A stretch of 64,000 bases of DNA from Blasia pusilla. Its lineage: Eukaryota. Shown here piece after piece: positions 12,990 to 22,600 of this stretch (its first letter is position 1; each line of letters starts with the position of its first letter). The translations under genes were made by a program, and so were the position numbers. The notes under the pieces are model-generated. The model was not told the origin of the DNA. It made no database searches and saw only the letters and a program-made list of their open reading frames with translations. The stretch spans positions 22,444,001 through 22,508,000 of the forward strand of contig CM114271.1 of the NCBI GenBank assembly GCA_050084515.1, given 5' to 3'.

Positions 12990-15262
12990 CCAACCTGACG
13001 GCTTCGACGGGTTGCACGCTTCCCGAGGGTTCAAGGCATCCGTCCTCGTGGCAACCCGTCGGAGACCAACAGGTTGCGCGCCTCCGCCGTCTTCAGACAA
13101 GAACACGAGGTACCCGCACAACCTCTCGGAGACCGACAGGTTGCGCGCCTATGCAGTCTTCGGACAAGAACGCGAGGTAACTACACAACTTGTCGGAGAC
13201 CGATGGGTTGCACGCTTCCCTCGTCTTGGGATTACAAGGCGGGCTTCCCGCGCAACTCGTTGGAGGCTGACACGTTGCACACTTCCTTCATGTAAGCGTT
13301 ACAAGGCGAGGCACTTGCGCAACCCGTCTGAGGTCGACGGGTTGCGCGCCTCCGCCGTCTTTGGGCAAGAAGCTGCGGCACCCTCGCAACTCGTCGGAAA
13401 TGTTGTGTCGAGAGTCTTTCTTCGAGCAAGGTCGGGCCTTCTAGCTGCGGTAGATGCGGTCGATGCAAGGAGAACCCTCTAATAAGTTCTCCTTTTTCAA
13501 TACAAAATTATGATGTACACTCTCCATTCTCTCACGACAGGTATCACAAATAGAAGTGCCGAGGCGATCACTTCTTCGTAACATCGGACCCCGAAATTCC
13601 TAACTATAAAATCCCTATAAACTATTTTACGCTTGTACACGAAGAAGATAGCACAACTAGTGTTAAACCCTAGTTGAGTAGGCCTATTGACATCCATGGA
13701 TCGCTATATAAGGACATACAAAGTACAATCCCATGTCCTTCCATATGTGACAATAGGAAGAATCAGCGGAGTTGGAGATTGCATGACTTGGTTCATGAAC
13801 GCCTCCCCAAAGTGATAAACTAAATAGCGAGTGAACCAGTGCCTATCTACAAAGAGTACCTTGACATGGTAAGGATTGAGGAAAGGAAAGTCGGGCACAG
13901 CTCGTGCTCCACCCCTATCCATGCTTGACACACATTCTCTACTCTCCTCAAGAATGGGTTTTGGCGGAGTTATTCTCCCAAGAGGGGTAATCCACTCTCA
14001 TTGGGGAAGTAACAAGCCAAAACATCCGCTATTTTAGTATGACTAAACTCCTCTACGGTGACAAACCTCTCATCCCCACACACACACCACACTCTAGAAA
14101 TCTCTCGAAGAATAGACCATGGTCAAGTTACTCTCCCAAGAAGGGTGATCCACTCTCATTGGAAGAGCAAGCAATCCCAAAGCCATACACTCAAGAGAGA
14201 CACGAGAGACTCAAGATGTGGAATAGAAGGTGATGAACCCTTGAAGGTCCCTCCTCTTTATATACTCACAAGGGATCCACAAGAGTACGAAATAGAGCTT
14301 ATCTTATCTTGTGCCACATGGCTTCCTCTCAAGGCTTAGCCAATCACATTTTGACACAAGTAGATTTCCTCTTATCTCTTCCAAAATATCCTCTTTTACC
14401 CACATGATATTTTCCAAATTACCCCAACTAACCTAGCCACCAACCAAGACTACTTTTGTTTTTCATTAAAGCAACTACTTTACTTTTATAAAGTCATCTT
14501 TTATTTATTACCTCCTTTTCCTAAAGTTGGGCCCGCATAAAAGAGGCACCATAAAGAGGTTTAAACATAAGAATCTCCTTTTTCTAAGCCAATTTACTTA
14601 ATACTAATGAAACTCTATCTAACACTTAATGACGAAGGAGTTTACACACTGGTTGATTTTACTATACGACAACGGGTTACACGCTTCCTTAATGTAAGTG
14701 TTACAAGGTGAGGCAATTGCACAACCCGTCTGAGGCCGACGGGTTGCGCGCCTCCGCCGTCTTCGGGAAAGAAGGCGCGGCACCCGTGCAACTCGTCGGA
14801 GAGCGACGGGTTGCACGCTTCCTTCATGTTAAAGTTAGAAGCTGAGGCAGAAGCGTGCAACCCGTTCGAAGCCAATGGGTTGCACACTTTGCTTATCTTG
14901 GGTTAATAGGCGAGGTACCAGGGCAACCCGTCAATTATCGATAGGTTGCACGCTTTTCTATCCCTCGGGTAACAATGCGACAACGCATAGTTCTGAGGCA
15001 ACCCATTGCAATCCGACGGGTCACAAGATCTATCTTGAGTTGGACAATCCTGCAAAAGTCCCCAACGATTGGTTGCCTTAGCATATGCAATCCATATCTT
15101 GTGTTTGATGCTAGCAAAATCGACTCAAAAGACCTTTGGTTGGCAAGAAGGGGGTTCCAACCCAACGGACTCCGACGGGTTCCAGCAAAAAGAAATGCAT
15201 GCTTCGCAACCAACATCTCTGATTCCCAAATTCTGCAACCCACCTGACTCCGACACGTTGCA
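12990..15262. repeat. Palindrome array (~67-bp period) in the divergent intergenic region
   Basis: Copies near 12991, 13052, 13118, 13186, 13252, 13320, 13387 (split by an insertion, completed at 14672), 14722, 14789, 14858, 14926, 15158 and 15235. Confidence 0.9.
13401..14671 (-). mobile_element. Probable solo LTR inserted into the palindrome array
   Basis: AT-richer, palindrome-free block with TG...CA ends (tgttgtgtcg...tacgaca) that splits one palindrome. 14230-14330 resembles the reverse complement of the LTR at 21700-21790. No clear TSD. Confidence 0.55.
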
Positions 15263-15430
15263 ACAGAATCAAATCCATTGTGTCAGACATTTTCACCTAC
15301 CAAACTTCATCTTGTCAGTCAAATTCTGTCAGGAGAATCTGAGTCCCTATTCGCTATAAATTAAACATTCTCATTCTCATTCGCATTCTCATACCAATTC
15401 TCTGTCTCCTCTCGGTGGAATCTTCTGGGA

Positions 15431-18400
15431 ATGGATGATTATGTAAAGCTCACTTGTGGCAGTCATCTAGCGGCCCTTCCTCAATCAGAAATCGTTCGAC
15501 CGCAAGCTCGTGAGTCTTTCATAGCAATGGATGAAATTTTTCTCTTAGTTCGATTTCTTCTCCAAATTGGAACCATCTTTGTATCCAAGGATGTTAGGGT
15601 GGACGGTACGGAGGACATAATAGGTGAGACAGTCCAGCCAATGATTAGAGACCGTAAAGTATGGAATCTCCTACCTCTAGCAAATGGTCAATACAGAGTT
15701 TACGGCTTGCCTCTGAATTCCTCTGTTTCCCAAGTAGATGGTCGAGAATTTCCTAGTGCACCAAGCTCTACATTTGCAACTCCTAGCTCAGTAGATCCGG
15801 CATCGTCTCCAACTTCACAGGCTCGTAACAATGTTGTACAGCCTGAAGATATTCTGGATGTCGTCAACCTCAATGGATCTGTCGGACACCAATCGGGTCC
15901 TCTGTCCGCCTACTTATTCCTCTTGCGAGTATCAGGAAATAGTTTGCTATCGTCTCTGGCCTTGAAAATATTCAAGCACATTCTTGTCGACGAGCTGCCG
16001 CCCACGTACAATGATAATTGCATTTTTGAGTTGCCTCCACTTGCTGCTCTTGCTCAAAAGAAAGATGGAGGACGATTGAAGGGTATGGACAGAAAGTTTG
16101 ATTGTCATCGATGATGCATGATTCAACGGACTAGTGCTTCAATTCCAAATGGTCCTTGGATTGTCTCCCGCCGCCAATGCGTTGGAGCCTTGGAGTGTAG
16201 AAGTCTAGCATGCCCGTATCTAGAGCGCAACGGGCGAGTCAATACGTCGCAATTCCCCCCCAAGAATGCAGAAATTCCATACAAGGTCGGTGCCACCATA
16301 CCGCCGGGAGGCCATCGATGTCCTCATTGTCAGACATCCCCCTTCTGCGTTGGAGCGTGTCCTGCATACATATTTTTCATTGTCCAGGACTTGGGCTCCA
16401 CGTCAGAGTACACAAGGCTGGCAGTTCATGTTGGCTCCCACACTCATCCTGTGACCGATGCAATTCAGAGACACATCAAGGAGGATGTGGCGAAGAAAGT
16501 TGCCAAGGTCTACAGAAACTCCCCCGGTTCAAAGCCCGGAGTGATCAAGCTCACAACAGCATCACAAATTTGTGAACAATTTCTTGGAATCCCTAGACAA
16601 GGCGAGATCACGGTTGCTCAAGAGAAACAACTTTGGGAAAATCTCGCATTTCTCGCTGATCCTGAATGCTTCCAAAATTTGCTGCGTCTAATATGGGTAC
16701 CGAATGGAAAGACGACCGAAATGGATGCTATTGCCAAAATCAAGGCCAACTCCAAATTTCCATTCATTCAGAGATGGAAGTTCATGGGCCAGGGAGGCGA
16801 GGGATCTAGGGCCTATGTCTTCAAAATGTCAACCACAAGTCCGTCGAGTGGCCTCGATCTTATAGATCGAATGAGGAAAGGGGAAGATCTTTACGGGAGC
16901 TGGGTAAGCTTTGATATTTGCTACAGAGTGCTGAACGGATGGTTGACAATGGGTGCTCACGTTTATGACCATGTGGAGAAGGGACTCAAAACTATATTTG
17001 TCTGTGAAGTAAAAGCACAAGACGTTGGCAGTTTGAAGATGTGCTGGTTACTCTTATTGGAGGTGGTGAAGGAAAACAAAAGGCCACCTCCGGAAATTTA
17101 TGGGTTCATGGCGGACAATGCACAACCTGGGTGGATTGCTATCAGGGAAGTGTTCTGGGGTGGAGAGGGAAAGGTCGGATGCTTTCCATTGGCAACAGTC
17201 TGTGACCCGGTACACCAAATCTTGCATCAAGGAGAATAAGAGGACAGAGCATGTCACTCTACTCCAACGCTGCAAGGACAACAAAACCTTGAAACATGCC
17301 ATGGAATGCCAAGAAGAACTTCATGGGTGGTGGAGGAAGCATGCAATTGAGGGGAAGTACAAAGAGTTGTGCTCTTGGCTGAGTTGGTGGACTGTACATA
17401 TGAGACAATGGGGAAACTTCATGTGGCAGGTGAGTTCAATATTTTGTCTTGTCAAGCTCACGCTGAGAATTATTTGAAAAGTTGCAACTCAAATTGAGAA
17501 GCGTGGGAACTATAGGGATTTCAAACGGAAGAAACCAAGCAACTTGTCGGATGCGACGGGTTGCCCGAGTGTGCAACCCGTCGGAAACAGACTGGTTGCC
17601 CGAGTGTGCAACCCGTCGGAAACGGACAGGTTGCCTGAGTGTGCAACCAGTCTGAAATCGACGGGTTGCATCAAGAATTTTGGTGCAATCCATATATAAG
17701 TATGCAAGTCGCATGTATACAAGGCCTGCAAATAGTTCGACCCGGATGGGTTTCGGATGACTTGCACTTGGATCTTCCAGCCCGGAGTGGCCAAAGGTTC
17801 TTGCAACCTGTCGGAATCGGACGAGTTGCAGTAGGTGGCTCCTGGGTGTTGCAACACGTTGGGATCCGACGGGTCGCAAAGTCGTTCATGGGATGCCTCG
17901 GCCTTGCAACCCGTCTGGTTCTGACATGTAACTTAATTCTTTGACTTTTGAGCTATTTTTGTTCCCTTCTATCATTGCCGTCGTTGCAGGGATTGAACAT
18001 TCATGAAAATGCCCTTTGCCCCAACACAAATGGAGCAGAAAGTGTTCATTCCTCCTGGAGGTCGTCACAAGCATGCCAACGAATTTCACTTGTGGAGGCA
18101 TGCCAACAAGACCATGCAAGAGCAATGCTACAATCTGCAGCATCCCATATCTTCCTCACAAAAGGCATAACAAAAGGAAGGGGGCCTTTGATCTACAAGC
18201 TCTATGTCAGGGCGGCTGTGAGATCTGGAGATGAAAAACTCTATGTGGAAGCCTTCAACCGGTGCGTAGTAGGAACTTCCCTCGAGCAAGACGTACACAT
18301 TGGTGGGAATATTTGTGGGTGGGTTTCAAGACGTCCCATACAGATGGTGGTAGAGCAGTCCGAGCGAGACTCGTGGAGACCAGATAAGTATCTTGTCTTC

Positions 18401-19491
18401 AGGCAGGTGAAGAGGCAACATCGAGGAACGAATCCGGTGATTGATTTGGATGAGGAAATTACACCACCCAAGTATTCTGGGACCCCGGACCGCTCCCAAA
18501 TCCGTGATGGAGTAACTTCTCCAAAATCAGTTAATGTTTTATTTCAAAAGTCCTCCATTGCTGGAAGTTCGCAACATCCGGTCGCTGGGGTGGTTCAACA
18601 ATATGGGATTCTGGTCATGGAGGTGGATTGCAACCTAAAACGGTGGCATATATCTTGGAGCAACCCGAGACGTGGACCCACTTGCAGGGCAAGATCTTAT
18701 GGCATTAGGAGAGCATGCGGCACTTTCCTAAATAAGAACTGTACAAGGACTGGACGACCAATGCCTTGGTTTTGGGGACTCAAAACCTTTGATCGTTTCA
18801 CGAGGACCTGGGATCAATTGAAGTTCTTCTTCTGCCCAAATGAATCTTGCGCTTTCCGCAAGTCTTATCCGGATGCCATTGGAGCTCCGGGGAATACCCT
18901 CACGATTTGGCCCACCGACGGAGGTACGAATTACACTCAAGACGAAGTGGACAATCTTACAAGTTCTGATTTCAGACTCGTAGACGGAGGAAGTTCAGAG
19001 CATGTTCACATTACAGAGACCTTTGCATTTCGTATTCAACCCAAGATTGACGTCAACATGTATCCGGAGAAGGTGGATGATCTCAATCCACTATTTCTGT
19101 TTGAGTCTAGAAATGGGGTGAAGAGAAACAGAAGGTGTAGGCAATGGTGGAGAGAGCAAAGCGAATTGCATTAGCTCGAGAGGCAAAAATGGAGATCATC
19201 GCCACAAAAGATGTCCACAGTGGCAATGGAATAGGAAGGATGTATTGTTTCAGGAACAACACTGTAAATTCAAGTGTCACACGGGTGTATGTGGTGCACA
19301 TCTGTTGCTTTCCCACATGTTCATGTGATGACTTTGTCCAAAGAGAGATAAGTGGCAAAATGTAGTTCCCTTGTAATCACATGTACTATGTGTTGCTTGT
19401 AGTTTTAAGAGAGTCGGAGGTAGGAGTAGGAATCCACCAACCAATTCTATCCCTCAAAGAAGTGCGAAGTATTTTAAACAAACCACTTTGA
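15431..19491 (+). pseudogene. Mutator-like transposase: GCM-like Zn domain, MULE DDE core, SWIM finger (decayed; one intron 17430-17989)
   Basis: Cys/His domain CVGALEC..CP...CPHC..CPA...HVGSHTHP. Catalytic candidates SFD (16913), MADN (17114), FHW (CxxH position) and TNGAESVH (~18040). SWIM CSC..PCNH (19318-19380). Phase-0 intron GTGAGT..TTGCAG joins ORFs 17100 and 17948. Stops at 16112 and 19363; frameshifts near 17165 and 19140. Confidence 0.85.
17535..17925. repeat. Palindrome array within the transposase intron
   Basis: About 7 copies (17539, 17572, 17607, 17643 at a ~35-bp period; 17801, 17850, 17905). Confidence 0.9.
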
Positions 19492-20503
19492 GGATGCAAA
19501 ATGAGGTTTTAGATTGTACTTTCATTTTTCCAGAACCTTCACTTTGAGCTTGAACTTTATTCAACCGAGGGCAAATCATAGATTTTTTCCAAACCTTGGA
19601 TGGAAAAAGTGATTGGTTCCACACTTATGATTCCACTGATTTTTCAGTTTTCTAAATTTTGTGCAATTTGCAACTCGTCGGACTCAAAGGGGTTGCCAAA
19701 ATGTGGAAGAGGAAAAAAAAAACTGTGGGAGTGCTAAAGAACTGAGCACAAAAGTGCAAAAAAAATCACACAAAAAGGGTTTCCTCTCTTCAACCCAACG
19801 GAACTCTCTTCAAATCATAGGAAACTCTCTTCAAAAAAATTATCTCTTTCTGTTGAAGGTAGTTTCCTCTCTCCTCTCTCCTCTCTTCCTCTCCTCTTAC
19901 CGCACCTCACTGTGGCAATTGTACGACCTTTCTTGCATGGGCCCTTTTTCCTTGGGAAAATCCCATTTGAAATGACCAACATCATCGTACACATAATACC
20001 TTTGAGCTCTAGCGTAGAGTCCCTGGCTTGCATTTGTTGGGGTTTGAACCTTTTGGGTTTTGACCCCACTTATGGCCTTGTCTTATGGGATTTCCTCTTT
20101 TTTGACCAATGAAATGGTGCCCCTACCTTTGAATGGGGACCATCTTGTCTCACTTCTTGTGACTTGGATCACCTGCCATCAATTGAGTAGCCATATGAAT
20201 GGTTGCCTTTAGCTTCCCAAACTTGGTTTCTTGGGTTGCACTTTTCTCCCTTCATTTCCGTTTCAAGTTGGGTGGCATTCCCTCCACTAAGTTGAAGATT
20301 TGGTTGGCATCTAACATTTTATCAATCACCGTCAACATCTCTTGGAACTAAGTAATGAAGCTTGCAATCAAGCCTTTCAATTGCATTTTCCACAACCGGA
20401 ATCTTGGCTTTGGTTGCTTGATCCTTTGGGACTAAATACCTTCTCATTTTTGAGGTGAGTGCCCCCCATACGGCTCTATGGTATTTCGGTCCTTAAAAAT
20501 TTT

Positions 20504-20511
20504 TGATACCA
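20504..20511 (-). promoter_or_regulatory. tRNA-iMet primer binding site (partial)
   Basis: The minus strand reads ...CA|TGGTATCA directly after the LTR end at 20512. Confidence 0.6.
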
Positions 20512-21474
20512 TGTGAGAGCATATGGCTTCCAATTTTAAAGAAGCCTCGACTCCCCATTTGGCTCTTGGAACATGGTAAGTCCCAAAAAATGCTCTACCT
20601 TAGTCACCGACTGATTGAGGTGTTTGTATCTATCTCGTCCCTATACGTGGGTAACTTCTTCATCAAGTCTCCCAATTGATATCCTAGGGACGGGATCGAA
20701 GTTGAGCTACTTGCATTTATGGTCTTCCCAACTATATGGTCCATTTGGCCTTGCAGTTGTTCCTTCACCATCTCAAAGATAGGATGATGAACCTCATTGA
20801 AACTCACGAGCCATTGAAACCCTACGACCTTCCTCCGAATCCCCCAAGATCTAGTTCCTCCAACTAGTCGCCACAAGTTTTGGCAAGGATTTATTTTTTA
20901 TCGGAATTTTGTCCCCTTAACCCTCATCTTGATCAGGTAACTAGTTGAGTTCCTTAATATTCTAGAAGTCCCATGGGAAATGGGGCCCAATGGGCTCATT
21001 CCCCAAATCCCTCCCAACTTTCCCCAAGTTGGGACGGTTCAAGCTCCATGACTCTTTTCTTACTCTCATGAGGCTTGTCCTTATCCTTGGCCATGTCCAT
21101 TGCTACCACCAAAATCGCCTACTAACTATGGCTATATGTCTTATGGCTAGTACCCGTCTTGACTTCCTATTGGGCGTTTCATGGTTTTTTTTCGCCCATG
21201 GTGTTCCATGTCTAATCTCATGATGTCTCATCTATCTTAACTACTCATGTGTTCCTCGGTTCTCGCCTTTAACTAGGCACTTGGCTCCAAGGTCTCAAAC
21301 GTTGCTTGGCTTGACTCAATCCCTATAAGTAGCCACACCCTTTAATTGCCTAAGGCTAGTCTCAAGACACATGCACATCCCACCTAGCGTTAGTCCCGCG
21401 GAGCAACGGGGGACACCACCCCCCTTCCTAGTCTTGCAACTAGCTAGTCTAGGTTTTGCCTTTGGTGGGTAACA
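20512..21474 (-). repeat. 5' LTR of the minus-strand gypsy element
   Basis: TG...CA ends, an adjacent PBS, and homology to 190-516. Confidence 0.65.
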
Positions 21475-22165
21475 CCAAGGTCTTTGTAACCATCCTTTGT
21501 TAGTCATAGTTAAGTTAGAATCTATGACATGAAGCGCATAAGTGGGAAAAAATCAACCAAGAAGAGAAAAGACAAGATACATGAGATAAAGATGAGAGTG
21601 GGGCCATAGGTTGGTGAAAAGAAAGATAAGGATGAGGTTGAGGAAGATGAGGTTGGGACATTAGATTCCAAAGGAGATCCTCTCATGCTATGAGAGTAGG
21701 ATACGTGGCATAAGGATAGGTAGAGCTAATTTGTCTTCATTGTACCTATCTCTAAGTATATAAAGGAAGAGGAGAGGCCTTGAAGGACATTCTACCTTTG
21801 AGCAACTCTAGAGTGGTTCCGTGAGGTGGAGAGTTACAGTCTTTCCTCTATCACATATTTTAGGATAGATCAACGAGATCTAGTAAAGAGCCTTTGCGGA
21901 TAGTGGAGGACAACCTCAAGAGGACGATGATGACCTGCTGAGGCCACGAGTAACCCGAGAGAGCAGGTTTTACCTTCTTTTTGGCTCATTTGGAGCCATA
22001 TAGAGAAAATTACTATTTTGGGTTAGTCTCCATATTGAGTATAGTTGACTTTCCACTTTGAGAAGTGGATCTTGATCCACTACAGTAGGTCAAGAACTAA
22101 GGAGGTGATCTATAAGCATAAGTTACCATGGAGAGAGCTTGGGAGAGGGAAGGGGCTATACCTCC

Positions 22166-22168
<3 letters not shown>

Positions 22169-22230
<62 letters not shown>
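22169..22230. repeat. (AG)n microsatellite
   Basis: About 31 AG units. Confidence 0.95.
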
Positions 22231-22233
<3 letters not shown>

Positions 22234-22274
22234 TCATTCTCTCTTTATAAATCAAGTAGATCTCTCCATCACAA

Positions 22275-22600
22275 GGTCTCTCTGACGTGGGTATGAATGG
22301 TTGCTATGGTGCAACCCCATCTCGGACAATAGAACTCGACTGCTCATCTGCAAGCAACTCCAAAATTTCATCTCTTCCACCTCAAGGACCATGAACTACA
22401 CTTGATGTTGTGGTGCCATATCATCTCTCGGTGTATCTGCAACACATTCCAAGAAATTCAAGGGTGTCTCTCTCGATCACCCTCGGCATGTCAATCTCCT
22501 CGGATCTTTCCCCCAGCCACTGCCTCAACTGCCTCGGTAGGCATGGGGCTCATCAATGCAACCAGCCGCCATCTGCAATTGGGCACACATTTGGCCGGAT
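22275..22600 (-). mobile_element. Inverted internal fragment of the same gypsy family
   Basis: Reverse-complement similarity to 28030-28310 (translations YLQHIPRNSRVSLSITLG vs YLQHIPRDPRVSLLITLG). Confidence 0.8.

Larger units (their letters stand above)
5783..19905. mobile_element. 14.1-kb Mutator-like (MULE) DNA transposon carrying a DNA methyltransferase gene
   Basis: Direct repeat ctcactgtggcaa at 5770-5782 and 19906-19918. Removing the insert restores a gypsy reading (KKGRTIATV|SNSREINKH). An 18-bp subterminal inverted repeat gagaggaagagaggagag sits at 5813-5830 and 19876-19893. Contains a MULE transposase and element-specific palindromes. Confidence 0.85.
1..21474 (-). mobile_element. 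Decayed Ty3/gypsy (chromovirus-like) LTR retrotransposon, interrupted by nested insertions
   Basis: Minus-strand remnants in gypsy order: gag and a decayed Zn-knuckle ~20450-19920; RT ~5000-4463 (KNKLFMKLSKYCFMVQEVECLGH); RNase H ~4450-4200; integrase ~2300-1480 (SDWDPKFVSKFW...SSYHSNTKG); chromodomain-like ~1150-1050 (KYFVV*KGYDLFKRTWEP). Homologous LTR-like segments at both ends. Confidence 0.8.

Noticed and set aside
10720-15262. Regularly spaced palindromic repeats resembling a CRISPR array
   Set aside because: The intervening sequences are homologous to each other, the repeats are degenerate, there are no cas genes, and the context is eukaryotic and intronic.
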